A DNA stretch of 64,000 nucleotides from Octopus vulgaris (GCA_951406725.2 OX597820.1:5208001-5272000), one strand, 5' to 3'; shown: positions 1 to 13,942, numbered from the stretch's first letter. Notes: generated by a model from the sequence alone, not told the origin. Translations and numbers: made by a program.

Positions 1-336
1 CATACATACATACATACATACATACATACATACATACATACATACATACATACGTACGTACTTACACACACACTCATAAAGGGAGGGTCAGTTTAAGTGT
101 ATGAAACATGAATTTGTGTGTTTGTCTGTAGATATGCATGCTCACATACACACACACAAACACTCACACATACATACACATACACATAAACACACACCTA
201 CACACACTCACACGCATCCGTTTTCTCTCTTCTTTCTGTCATTCTTAATAACCTTCTTCAATTCCTTTAAATCTTTCATTCTCTTTTACTTGTGTCCTTC
301 TGTCTTCGTTTTTGCGTTCAATATTTCCCCACTCTA

Positions 337-757
337 CTTCTTCTTCATCTTCTTCTTCTTCTTCTTCTTCTTCTTCTTCTTCTGCTTCTTCTTCTTCTTC
401 TTCTTCTTCTTCTTCTTCTTCTTCTTCTCCTCCTTCTTCTTCTTCTTCTTCTTCTTCTCCTTCTCCTTCTTCTTCTTCTTCTTCTTCTTCTTCTCCTCCT
501 CCTCCTCCTTCTTCTTCTTCTTCTTCTTCTCCTCCTCCTTCTTCTCCTCCTTCTTCTTCTTCTTCTTCTTCTTCTTCTCCTTCTTCTTTTCCTCCTCCTT
601 CTTCTTCTTCTTCTCCTTCTTCTTCTTCTTCTTCTTCTTCTTCTTCTTCTTCTTCTTCTTCTTCTACATCTTCTTCTTCTACATCTTCTTCTTCTTCTCC
701 TTCTTCTTCTTCTCCTTCTTCTTCTTCTCCTTCTCCTTCTCCTTCTTCTTCTTCTTC
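337..757. repeat. (CTT)n/(CCT)n trinucleotide microsatellite
   Basis: Direct reading; explains the poly-F/L/S/E ORFs at 101-960. Confidence 0.97.
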
Positions 758-762
758 GTCCC

Positions 763-799
<37 letters not shown>

Positions 800-1885
800 G
801 TTTCCTCGTTCCCAGTACAACTCATTCCCTGCCTTCATTCTTGCCACTTTCGTCTCCCTCACATCGTTATCTTATCTCATCTCTCTCACACAAAACCCCC
901 TCCATCCACATCCACCACCTTCATCCGCCACCATCGTCAGTTGAAATTCCCTTGAGTTAAATATTGTCTTTTCATCTAGATATGGAATGACATACAACCA
1001 ATTTACTCACACAGCATCAACAATCCCGCCCTCTCCGACTGACATTATAAACTGGCACATAAATGTGTGACACAGTGTTTCTGTGAAGGTCACTGTGCCT
1101 TGTCTTGCATCTCTTCTTTAAACTGACAATTAGAGCAAAAGAGGCTGACCTCAACAATTGTCGGTCTCCCTGGACTAGTAAAACTGTTGTGGTTGGTCTT
1201 TAGAATTAGCATGTGTAAGGACGTATTTACAGATCATCGAAGTCTTTCCATAGCCTGGGAGATCTTGATAATGAGGGCAGTGCACGAAGTAATTACTGAT
1301 GTGTGTGAGAGATAAGGGTGGGAACGGGAGAAAGGAGAGGAACCTATGAACTTCAGTGGAAAAGATACATACGGACCTAACAAAGAAGAACAGTGGATGT
1401 TGTAGTAGAAGTTCAGACGAGGAGACACAGCGAGTCTTTGAACCAGAAGCTGTATTGTGTTGGTGAATAAATAAATGTCTGTTGTTTGAGTGAACCTCTT
1501 TTCTGTTTGATCAGGCGCAGGGGTTCAAGAGTTCACTCGGCAATCGTGAGATTCGGGTTCGTTTCTGTAGCGTGGCACGTTTGACTAGTGTTTTTGTCAT
1601 AGCCCCGGATTGATCCAATCCCTGTGAGTGAAGCGGCTGAAAGGGAAACTGTGTCGAAGCCCATCGGATGAACTGTTTTTCTACTTGAAACGTCTAGCTT
1701 TGTACAAATTGTGCCATGTAGACTTCTACATGTGTCTGAGCGATACTCATCGAGTTACATTATCATGTTATAGCTAGCAGGTGGAACGGTTACACAGGGC
1801 CTCCATGGTTGTGGGTGGGATTAGGCGTGGTGGCGCTGGGTGTGGTGGCGTTAGTGTGATGATAGTAGTGCTGGTGGTGGTAGTG

Positions 1886-2178
1886 AAGGCGAATGGCTCA
1901 GTGGTTAGGGTGCATTCGGCTGACGATCGTAAGGTGGTGGGTTCGATTCTCGACGTGCGTTGTGTCCTTGAGCAAGACACTTCATTTTACACTGTTCCAT
2001 TCCACTCAGCTGGTAACATTGAGTTCTACTTGTATTACGAACGACCAGCCTTGTCACATTCTCTGTTCCTCATGAGAAATACGTTAAGAGTAGACGTGTC
2101 TGCGGAGTACTCAGCCATTTGCACGTTAAATTCACGAGCAGCCTGTTCCGTTGATCACCGTCGTAACTGACGAAGTGC
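1886..2178 (+). mobile_element. Diverged tRNA-headed SINE (family S3-related)
   Basis: A-box-like TGGCTCAGTGG and B-box-like GGTTCGATTC; tail (ttcacgagcagcctgttccgttgatc) matches the 3815-4203 copy. Confidence 0.75.
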
Positions 2179-2179
2179 C

Positions 2180-3150
2180 AGTTGTTGTTGTTGTTGGTGG
2201 TAGTAGTGGCGCTAGGTGTAGTGCTGGTAATGATGGTGGTGGCAGTAGTTGTGGTGGTGGTAGGGATGTCGATTGAGGTTGTGTTGATGAGGACAAAGGT
2301 GACGGTATAGACTGTAGTATTGAAAGTGGTAGCAGCGCTGACAGTGGCGGTGGTAGTATTGAGCCTTACCTTAATGGTTGTCGTGGTGTCGGTGTTAGTT
2401 TTAGGTGGTGGTGACGGCGGCGATGGTAATGAGGCGGCGGCGGTGGTGGTGGTGGTGGTGTTGGTAATCACGATTGGTTGTGAAAGAAGTTGCGGTGGCG
2501 GCGGTGGAAATTGTGGTAGGGCGCATGGGGCAGCTGTGGCGGCGGTGGAGGTGGTGAGTGTAGCGGCGGTAGTGGCGCTGCTGGTGGTGGTGGTGGTGTT
2601 GGTGATGGTGGTGGCGATGGTGGAGGTGGTGACTGTGTCGGTGGTAGTGGCGGTAATGGTGGTGGTGGCTGTGGCAGCGGTAGTGACGCTGGTGGTGGTG
2701 GTGGTGGTGGTGGTTATGGTGATGGTGGTGGTAGCGGTGGTGGTGACTGTGTCGGTGGTAGTGGCGCTGGTGGTGGTGGTGGTGATGGTGGTGGTGGTGG
2801 TTGTGGTGGTGGTGATGGTGGTGGCGGTGGTGGAGGAGGTGGTGACTGTGTCGGTGGTAGTGGCGCTGGTGGTGGTGGTGGTGGTGATGTTGGTGGTGGT
2901 GATGGTGGAGGAGGTGGTGACTGTGTCGGTGGTAGTGGCGCTGGTGGTGGTGGTGGTGGTGATGGTGGTGGTGGTGGTTGTGGTGGTGGTGATGGTGGTG
3001 GCGGTGGTTGGAGGAGGTGGTGACTGTGTCGGTGGTAGTGGCGGTAATGGTGGTGGTGGTGGTGGTGGTGGCTGGCTGTGGCAGCGGTAGCGGCGCTGGT
3101 GGCGCTGGTGGCGCTGGTGGTGGTGGTGGTGGTGGTGGTGGTGGCGGTGC
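2180..3150. repeat. Composite (GGT)n low-complexity tract with internal higher-order units
   Basis: GGT/GTG runs; the motif GTGACTGTGTCGGTGGTAGTGGCG recurs at about 2629, 2743, 2842, 2917 and 3020. Confidence 0.92.
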
Positions 3151-3814
3151 AACGCGTACTTTCTCTCTCACCATGATGCCTATTTGCTCTATGTGAAATA
3201 TTCTTCTCGCATTAAAACTAATAATTGTCATTTAATTTCTGTAGAAAACGGTAAAAATCGCAAGAATTCTGACAGATGTGTCTTCGAGTCAATACAGCAT
3301 TCTATATTTCTATATTTATAGTGGAGGATATACACTCACCGAGGGGTGTAGAATTTCAGGCTGTCTTTCAAAACGTGTCTTGGTAAATCACACTGATCCG
3401 CAAACACACACATACTCAGACACACACACACATGCCCGCTCGCATACATATACTCACAGATCCACTTACGCTGAGACACCCATATACATACACACACTCA
3501 TCCGCACACGCACACAAATACAAAGATTCACACACACATACACTCACATACATACAAAGACCCCCCACACACACACAGATCCGCACATATACAGATCCAC
3601 ATACACTTACACACACAGATCCATATACACGCACATACCATTTGTTGTTCCCGTTTAGCCCCAGGTCAACACTTATTAATCAGACTTATCACCAAAGACA
3701 TTCCGCTTGTGACCATCACTTCATCACTTCCCTTTATGTTTCTAGAGGACTATATCATTCATTTGTCTAAACGTGTCCTTCTTTTCCTTATGGTGCTAGG
3801 ATACTGTTGAAAGT

Positions 3815-4203
3815 GTGGAGGCGCAATGGCCCAGTGGTTAGGGTAGCGAACTCGCGGTCGTAGGATCGCGGTTTCAATTCCCAGACCGGGCGTTGTGAGC
3901 GTTTATTGAGCGAAAACACCTAAAAAAGCTCCACGAGGCTCCGGCAGGGGATGGTGGTGATCCCTGCTGTACTCTTTCACCACAACTTTCTCTCACTCTT
4001 ACTTCCTGTTTCTGTTGTACCTGTATTTCAAGGGGCCGGCCTTGTCACTCTCTGTGTCACGCTGAATATCCCCGAGAACTGCGTTAAGGGTACACGTGTC
4101 TGTGGAGTGCTCAACCACTTACACGTTAATTTCACGAGCAGGCTGTTCCGTTGATCGGATCACCTGAAACCCTTGTCGTCGTAACCGACGGAGTGCTTCC
4201 ACC
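3815..4203 (+). mobile_element. tRNA-headed SINE, family S3
   Basis: Head GGAGGCGCAATGGCCCAGTGGTTAGG...GGTTTCAATTCCC with pol III A/B boxes; near-identical heads at 53099 (+) and 62951 (-). Confidence 0.88.
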
Positions 4204-4663
4204 ACACACTGTTGAAAGTAATTAGGTTGCTATTTCTAGCAGAACGAGAAACCATGCTGAAGCATACATGTTTCTATGCATCAATTGTTATCATTTATAA
4301 TGCTGGTGGGTGGCGGAATTGGTAGAGTGTCGCACAAAATACCATTTCCTTTTGTATCAACCCGAGGTCGATTTAAGGCGCACAGGTGGTTATGTGCTAA
4401 GAAGCTTGATTCTCAACCACATAGTCCCGGGTTCCGATCCACTACGTGGATCCTCGGGCGAGTGTCTTCTAATATAGAACTGGGCCAACCAAAGCTTTGT
4501 GAGTGGATGTGTTAGATGGAAAATGAAAAAACCCTGCCATTTTCATATATATATATAAGAATGAAATTAACCTCTCTGTCTATATATCTACCCTCTTTAT
4601 AATGTTGGCAAATGAAATAGGGATAAAAATGTGCATTGTCCGTTTAATTGGAAAATTCTATAT

Positions 4664-4749
4664 GTGGCTGAAGATTGCTCGACATTTTAAAACTGATGTA
4701 ATACTTACAGTGTTTAATAAAATGAAGTAGCATGAAACGATTGTACTAC
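4664..4749 (+). ncRNA. Type I hammerhead ribozyme-like motif with extended stem II
   Basis: GTGG-CTGAAGA-tTGCT...AGCAt-GAAA-CGATTG-TA-CTAC; second copy at 32131-32213. Confidence 0.65.
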
Positions 4750-4884
4750 TCTACCTTCGATATCCTTGTTGCTTACTTTTATTATAATCACCCCCATTTC
4801 ATTTATATGGATAATACCATACAAAATTCTGGTGCCTTTAACTTAAGTACCATAGTCCTCTGAATCTAAATTTTGCTGAACTTG

Positions 4885-5078
4885 GAATTTACAAAAAAAA
4901 ACAACCAAAAGGTGAAGACACGTGTGTAAACAACAAACGAGTGCATTAGTTTTACGCTCGGGAAAGTGAGAAAGTCGTTTACGTTTCGAGCCTACGCTCT
5001 TCAGCAGAAAGGAACACGAAATAATAAACAGAGAAAATAAAAAAACGAAAGCTTTAGTAGCTAGCGGTCAATCATGGT
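4885..5078 (-). mobile_element. Short non-coding PLE-like terminal fragment with minimal hammerhead-like motif
   Basis: Homologous to 43757-43958 (+); abuts a TA/TATG microsatellite; minus strand reads CTGCTGA-A-GAGC-gtag-GCTC-GAAACGTA. Confidence 0.55.
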
Positions 5079-5094
5079 AATATGTGTATGTATG

Positions 5095-5136
<42 letters not shown>

Positions 5137-8129
5137 TATATATATGTATGTACATATGTATGTGTGTGTGTATGCGTTGTGTGTGTGTGTGCTTGTCCCT
5201 GCCACCTGATAACCGGTGTTGGTGTGTTTGCGTTCCTTTAATTTAACGCTTTGGCAAAAGACTGATAGAATAAGTGGCAGGCTTAAAAAAGAAGTACTGT
5301 GATTGATTCATTCGGCTAAAAATTCATCAAAGCGGTGCTCCAGCAAGGCCGCAAAACTAGTGACTGAAACAAGTGGAAGATAAAGGCTAAAAGATATATA
5401 TATGTTCTCGTAGGTAGCATGCAGGAAGATCGAGCCAGCGCCCACGCGATCGTGAACCACACTCCTCGGCACGCACACACACACACACACACATCTGTGC
5501 GCATCGTGATAGTACTATTTGTATGTATGACATTTTACTTGTTTGAGTAGTATGTGTTTGTGTGTGTGTTTATATACATGCAGGTATGAGTGTCTTGCTG
5601 TATCTGTGTGTATTCATATATACACATATATCTCCACTCGCATTCCCACGCATCTGTAGATACACAAACTGCTAATCCTCATATATCCATATATTTATGC
5701 AATACATAGTCTCTCAACTACTGTATCGTATTACATGCATATACATATGTATACACACACACGCTCAAGTATATATATATATATATATACATATCAATGT
5801 TTTTTTTCACGGTATCGTGAAATCAACCTTCGCGTATAAGTAGCATGATTAATCGAAGAATGTAAACCTCTAACTTGGCGTTCCTGAATCAGTGACACGA
5901 ATAAATGAATGATTCAAAATATGTAAATAATAGACCATGTATCATACATCATTTAATTCAGTATTTAATTAGTCTTAAGAGTAAACGAATTCGGGAATTG
6001 GGTTGCAAGTATGAGAAAGTGCATAGTATATAAAATCGGAACACTTTCGTGTGTCACATGAGCAAGCGTTATAAGATGAGACGGTTTGCGTCGATGTACG
6101 TGGCGGTGGGTATATGTCACTGACAAGACATAAGTGGACCGAAATGCATTTGGTGTTCCCGATTGCTGCCGCTGGGGCAATTTTCCTCTCCCTTTGTTAC
6201 TAATTATATTTTTAACACTCCACGTCCATAAGAGATGATACCTCAGGATTAATACCGCAGCAACTGGTTAGCCTATTAACAGTGTATATAACTCAAGTAT
6301 GGTACCCAGGTAGATGAATAAAGATATTTTGAAGTCTATTTTACGGTCGAATTCTTCAATGGTCAATAGTCGGTTATCAAGTGACTCCTGTAAAAAATAC
6401 AAGAATATATTATTAAATATCTATCCATTTTTACTCATTCAAGTGACATTGGTTTTTATATTATGTATTACAGTTCCGCGTCATACTTCAAATACTTGCA
6501 ACAAATAACTGAACACCTAACTTTGCATTCCTTTAGATTGAATGCATGCAATATTTTAGCTCTAGTCTATGATATTGAGGAGAATGTAATTATTAGTTTA
6601 AATCATAAAACATTGAACTGTATTGGCAAATACTTGCAAATGTATACCTATATGTATAGATACGTGTGTGTATATATACGTGTGTGTGTATATGCATGTG
6701 TATATATACATGTGTGTGTGTCTGTGTGTGTATATGTGTGTCTGTGTGTAAACATTTACGTAGTTTGTGAAAGAGAGTGGCAGAGAGAGGAAATATGAGA
6801 TCAAAAATGTATGCGGTATGTACAGATGGGAATTAGAATATGGCGGAGCTAAACAAGCGTCTGTAATATTGATCAACTCAGAACGCTGTCAAATCGGAAT
6901 GTTGACTGTAAATCTCACTGATGTCTTTTTGCTATGGTTGCTGTTGTTTTTGTCATTTTTTTGTATTGTTGTTTTAAAATTCTGTAATTAATGTACGTAA
7001 TAGATGGATATTGTAAGTGACAACAGCTGTTTACCAACACTTTAAGAGACAGATAAACAACAATATTTTGTTATAAATCCCCTACAAAATTCGTGAAGGT
7101 TCATCAATGGGTAATTTCTGTTGCAAGTATAGTTTATAATACCATGGTTCTTGGCATTCTCGGAATACATTGGTAGAGAGATTGAATTGTAAGAACACAA
7201 GAATGCCATGAATGATGTCCTTTCGGTTATCTAATCCTTTACAAGCAAACTTCTTCTTCCTCCCCACCCCTGTTGACATTCCAATCTCGAAGCAACTTAT
7301 ATTTCCTTAGAATATTTTCACTGTTTTTCCTATTTTTCTCTCCTTCCTCTTCAGTATAAACATATATTTCGAACTTCGTACCCTGATATGAGATGAAACT
7401 TCTGATATCTTTTTTCGCAATGTCCTCTGTCAGAGTAAAAAAGAAATTCGCGCCGTTCAGCTATCAAAACCTGATAAGCAATTATCATATCATTCACCGA
7501 TGAAGCACTCATTACAAAACATCAAAACTTTCTCCTCCAAACGACGTCTTCACTTCAAAATGTCTCTGCTTTACTATAAAAGTTCTTTTTTGCCGCCATA
7601 AACCACGACTAGTTCTCTTCCTTACATCTGATTCACGACAAAGTTTGTTAGATTAAATTGTAGATCAACATCTTACATAATAGCAATCAGAAAACAAACA
7701 AATATATCGCAATTTCTTTTATCTCTCTTCGTTTTCTTTTTTTTTTTCCTTAGAGAAAATATTAATTATACTTTTATAGAAAATTGATTACTTTTTTTAT
7801 ATATATATAATTATATATATCCAAACTACAATGGAGAAGGCTACCCACTGGATTTAGTTAAAAAGAGACGATGAGAGGCGGCTAGAAGAATATTGAGCTT
7901 TATTTTATAACCAGCTGATCTAGCAAGCGGGGCCTCATATCAGTGAGGGGGACCGGTGCGCATTGATGCCGCCGAGAGGTAGGCCCCGAAACGGCGCGCA
8001 TTCTCTCCTGATGACCCCATACACTTACTAGCTTCCGGTATGCGGAGTTTTGACTGGTGGCACTTGCATGTACAAGTTGTTTGCGAGATATTTCTGTCAT
8101 TAGACTGCGACCATCCTAGGGTCCCACCT

Positions 8130-8451
8130 TGAAGTCTTTTAGTCAAAAGATTCGAGTCCACTATTTTTATATAGCCTGATACTTGTTAAGTTATGGTTAT
8201 GTAAACAGGACAACACTAGTTGTCAAGCGGTGGTGAGGACAACCACGCACACACACACGCACATACACACGCAAACACGCACACACACATACACACACAC
8301 ACTTCCGTTTACCAAATCCACTGACATAAGGCTTTGGTCGGTCCAAGGCTACAGTACAAGACTCTTGCCTAAGGTGTCACGCAATGGAACTGATCCCGAA
8401 ACGATGTGGTTGGGAAACAAAGTTTTTGCAACACAGCCACACCTACTCCTA
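8130..8451 (-). mobile_element. Diverged SINE, family S1
   Basis: Reverse complement matches the head and tail of the 32756-33159 copy around an internal CA microsatellite. Confidence 0.75.
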
Positions 8452-8693
8452 TGAACTGACCAAATTCAATATCCGATCGGCGGCCGGGGGTGTTTGTCTC
8501 CCCTTCGTATATGTATATAAGGACACAGGGAAAAAATGTGTCAAAGCTATCAGGAGGCGTTCGATGCTTCCTAGGGCTATACACCGGTGGTGTACCCCCT
8601 ACTGTCACGTTCATGTTAGATTGACAGTATACAACCTTTCTATCGCCCCACCACCGTACATGTCTCTACGAGAGATTTAGAAATTCAATATTT

Positions 8694-8744
<51 letters not shown>

Positions 8745-9605
8745 CTAATTAATTAATTTAAAAACAGAGAAAAAGACAAGAAGAAACAACAACGTGGCTA
8801 CGTAGAACATATAAAGTATTAATAAGTCGCTCAGATGAGGAAAAGAGTGGTTGCTTTACGTTTCGGGCAGTAGCTCTTCTTCGGAAACTGGAAACATAGG
8901 GAAGTTCAAAGGAAAAGAAAAAGGGGAAAAAATCGCGAATAGTTAACGTGTGGTTACGTTTTTGAAATGACCGAAAGTAGAAGGCCAAAAAGAAAGTGCT
9001 TTCTGGGACAGGGGAGTGTGAAGAATGGTTGGTATCTGTGTGTATGTGTGCGTGTGTGTATGTGTCAGAGCGCGTGTGTGTGGTGGCATCGGTTCTATAT
9101 TTGCGCCCTTAAAGATGACATCACTAATAGACCACGAGCCTCCTACAAATCTTTTACGCTCCATCATACAAAGATTTTCAGAAAATAACTCAGAAGTGTT
9201 GACGCATCAGGTTTTTGTGCTGAAGGTTGGGCAGTGTTATCTCCATCCAATATGTCGGCGTGAGACTAAGACGGCTCTCGGCATCGGACAGAATGATTAT
9301 TCTACAAACAAGGAGGAACTCACAACGACAACGCATGATGAATTAGAAAATCTTTGACTAACATCAAATAAGAAGTTTGGTACATGAAAAAATGTTGCCA
9401 AACGTGAGAATAGCCGCAAAGATCTTTTTTTCTTAGATTGCTGACTGCCATCACCGAATGGCAAACCATAAGAAAGGCATATTTGTCCTCATCTTATTTG
9501 TTAACACAACGTTTTGGCTGATATACCCTCCAGCCTTCATCATATGTGTGTGTATGTGTGTGTGTGTGTATGTGAGTGTGTGTGTATGTGAGTGTGTGTG
9601 TGTAT

Positions 9606-9761
9606 ATACGACAGGCTTCTTTCCGTCTACCAAATCCACTCACAAGTCTTTGATCGGTCAAAGGCCATAGTAGAGAACACTCGCCCAAGGTGCCACGTAG
9701 TGGGATTGAACCCAGAACCATGTGGCTGGTAAGCAAGCTACTTACCATACAGCTACTCCTA
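9606..9761 (-). mobile_element. SINE family S1, head only
   Basis: Reverse complement of the S1 head (gtaagtagcttgcttacc...gggttcaatccc...gagtggatttggtagacgg). Confidence 0.82.
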
Positions 9762-9852
9762 TGTATTATACTTGTAGGCATATATGTACATACATACACT
9801 CATACGTACATATATATATATATATATGCACACACACACACACACACACACT

Positions 9853-9914
<62 letters not shown>

Positions 9915-10316
9915 CAAATAAATAAATGCCTAAACATATATTTTAGGTGTATGTCCATATGAAGATTCGAGTGTCTATGTATCAAAGTGTGTGCGTGCGT
10001 GTGTATGTGTGTGTATGTGTGCGTGTGCGCATGTGTTCGTGTGTGTGTGTGTGTATGTGTGTGTGTGTGTGTGTTCTGATTTATTGGAGTCAGATGCAAT
10101 TGTGGCGGGAGGGGAGGTGCGCGGAGGATTTTTTTTTCTAACGATTAATATTTAGACAAACTGTGGGAGATTGGTTTGGAAAAATATATTAAGTGTTGAA
10201 GAAAGAAGTGAAAAAAATAGGGATAGGGTGGGAAACGGGTGGATAAATACTTTATAAAACACTAACAAATGATATAAATAATAATAATAATAATAATAAT
10301 AACAATAATAATAATG

Positions 10317-10349
<33 letters not shown>

Positions 10350-10422
10350 TGTGTATACACGTTTGGTGTTATTTCACGTTTCTTAATGTCTCATGTCTTC
10401 TGACTGTCTCCAGTGTGATAGT

Positions 10423-10910
10423 GGCGGTGGTGGTGGTGGTGGTGGTGGTGTTGTTTGTGTTGGTGGTGGTGGTGGTGGTGGTGGAGGTGGAGGTGGTGGT
10501 GGTGGTGGGGCGCAGTGGTGGTGGTGTTGTTGGTGGAGGTGATGGTGGTGGTGGTGGTGATGGTGGTGGTGGAGGTGGAGGTGGTGGGGTGGGGGTGGCA
10601 GTGGTGGTGGTGGTAGAGGTGGAGGTGGTACTAGTTGTCACAGAGGTGAAGGTGTTGGTGTTGGTGGTGGTGGTGATAGTGGTAGTGTTGTTGTTGTTGT
10701 TGGTGGTGGTGGTGGAGTGGTGGTGGTGGAGGTGGTGGAGGTGGTGGTTGTAGTGGTGGTGGAGGTGGTGGTGGTAGTGGTGGTGTTGGTGTTGGTGTTG
10801 GTGGAGGTGGTGGTGGTGGTGGTGGTGGTGGTGGAGGTGGTGGTGGTGGTGGAGGTGGTGGTGGTGACGGTGGTTGTGGTAGTGGTGGTTTGGTGGTGGT
10901 GGTGGTGGTA
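10423..10910. repeat. (GGT)n-type microsatellite
   Basis: Direct reading. Confidence 0.93.
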
Positions 10911-11442
10911 CTAGTTGTCACAGAGGTAGTACTGTCGGTAACGGTGATGTTGGCGGTGGGTGATGTTAGTGGTACTTGTAGTGACAGTGGTGTTGTCGAT
11001 GGCACTGGGGTTGCGGTGATACTAATGGTGTAAGCGCTGTTGGTATTGAGCACGCATAAAAAAAGTGGTAAAGGTCGTATTAGTGGTATTGGCGGAACTG
11101 ATAGCAGTAGTAACGGTGGTGGTAGAAACAATGGTACTGCTGTTGCTGTTGATGTTGCTGTTGTTGTTGAATGTGGTGGTGGTGGCGGTGGAGGTAGTAG
11201 AGGTAGGCGGTAGCGGTGCCGGTATTGACGAGGTCGTATTAATCGTCGTCTCTTCTTGTTTTGTGAGCCACCAGCTGTCTTCTAATTGCACAGTTAGGAT
11301 CCCACTCTGGCCATAAAGCTTCGCAATAAAACTGACTGTGTAGCTGCCATTAGATACAACAGATTTATTTAGGCACAGATATATATACGTGTGTGTGTGT
11401 GTATGTGTATGTGTGTGTGTGTGTGTGTGTGAGTGTGTGTGT

Positions 11443-11491
<49 letters not shown>

Positions 11492-11713
11492 TGTACACAC
11501 ACACACATATACGTATACACCCATATATATGATGTATATATACATATATACGTATACGCCCATATATATGTACATATATAAAATATATACATAATGTATA
11601 AATTATAATATATAATATATGTATGAATATATGTATATATATACATATACATATACATATATACATACACATATACATATATAAATACATACATACATAC
11701 ATACATACATACA

Positions 11714-11762
<49 letters not shown>

Positions 11763-11812
11763 TTATATATTGTCATATAAAATAAATAAATAAACTTTTA
11801 AGAGAATATGAA

Positions 11813-11865
<53 letters not shown>

Positions 11866-12042
11866 CATATACTGAGGAATATAGTGAGGGGAAGCGGAAA
11901 ATGGAAAGCGAAATGGACAATCAGATAGATACTTAGACACACCCATTCACACACCCCAAACACGCATATTCCTACACACACCCACAAAACACATACACAC
12001 AGGCACACGCATATATATATATATATAAACATGGTGCATAAA

Positions 12043-12082
<40 letters not shown>

Positions 12083-12229
12083 TGTGTGTGTGTGTATGTG
12101 TGTGCGTTCTTTATGATTATGATACGAAAACAACGACAGGGACAAACAGTAACACAAAGACAGACTAGGCACATAGCATACACACAACAGTTACCTAGCA
12201 ACATGTTTCTATCAGTCGATGGCTAAACC

Positions 12230-12279
<50 letters not shown>

Positions 12280-12437
12280 AACATATATAAATATATACAT
12301 ATACACATATGTATGTATGTGTATATATATATGTGTGTGTGTATATATGTGTATATATGCATATATATATACATACATATGTATACATATATATATATAT
12401 ATATGTATATATATATGTATGTATGTATATATATATG

Positions 12438-12468
<31 letters not shown>

Positions 12469-12493
12469 ATATATATATATGTGTGTATATATA

Positions 12494-12542
<49 letters not shown>

Positions 12543-12545
12543 GTA

Positions 12546-12613
<68 letters not shown>

Positions 12614-12849
12614 GATATACACAGCAAGATACGGTAAGAGAAAGAGAGAGGGATCAAAATAGCTTTGCAAACAATCAACTCGTCACATGGCGCTTAAATT
12701 TATTCCAATTAAATTATCTGAGTAGGAATCGAATTCCTTAACTCTTCACAGAAATGGAAAATGAAATTCTACGAAACCTTAAATAATACACATCCCTCTC
12801 CTTTTGTTACGGCAAATCTTTATATGATGACGTACGCATGCACGCACAA

Positions 12850-12924
<75 letters not shown>

Positions 12925-13732
12925 AAATATATGAAGAAACTCAGTATGCTGTGAAAAATGAAAAGACCCGATTAACTGATATGTATAGGCAATATGTATT
13001 TGCAAAAAATCCTACATTCTACTAACATGGAATGAAAACTTGTGATAGCTTGAAATTGTAACATTACCAATAACGTCTTACTCATGATTAATACAAGTGA
13101 AACCGGTCGACTTTGCAAATATATATTTCACACAAACACACTTATATATTGGGTGAAGAGGCACAAGTCCGGGCTATCTTGTTTATAGCAGATAAGCAGC
13201 CTCCATGCATACCAGGGTCCCCTGTCCACGCCACTAGTGTTATCCAAGGGAAAGCAAAGGGGCCGATACAGCTTGGCACCAGTCACGTCGCAACTCAGAA
13301 ATACAGCTGAATGAACTGGAGCAACGTGAAATAAAGGGCCTTGCCCAAGAGTATAACACACAGATTGGTCCAGGAATCGAACTACCTCATGATTGTGTAT
13401 ATATATATCTATGTATGTAGGGTGTGCGCATGTATGCATACATGTGTGTGAGCATGTATGTTTTATTCATATGTATTGTCCAAAATAGAATTTCTGTGCA
13501 TTTTGCTTGTTTTTATATAAGTTGGCTACAATTCACCACGTGCAAAATTTCTCTTTTGCCGAACGTTTTCGCTGTTATACATACATACATACATACATAC
13601 ATACATACATACATACATACATACATACATACATACATACATACATACACATACATACACACATACATACATTCACATACACGCATTCAAACATACATAC
13701 ACACACATATGTACGTATATATATATAAATAA

Positions 13733-13801
<69 letters not shown>

Positions 13802-13942
13802 TTGAAATTAAAATTGAAACTCAGAATTAGTCTCGCGACTCGATTTTGAGTTTGAAAGGAATTGAGAATTTCTGCCCCACCCATCCAACACAAACCAACT
13901 TATGTGTGTGTGTGTGTATGCGTGTGTGTGTGTGCATATACT

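Noticed and set aside
101-960. Long ORFs (205-284 aa) on both strands
   Set aside because: Stop-free (CTT)n microsatellite; homopolymeric translations in all frames.
2070-3231. Thr-rich mucin-like, His-rich and Val-rich ORFs
   Set aside because: Read-through of (GGT)n in several frames; no splice or domain evidence.
3815-3890. tRNA gene
   Set aside because: A/B boxes belong to a SINE head that continues into repeat body; no clean cloverleaf or terminator.
7080-7720. Possible decayed transposase or LINE fragment
   Set aside because: No recognisable motif could be recovered by eye.
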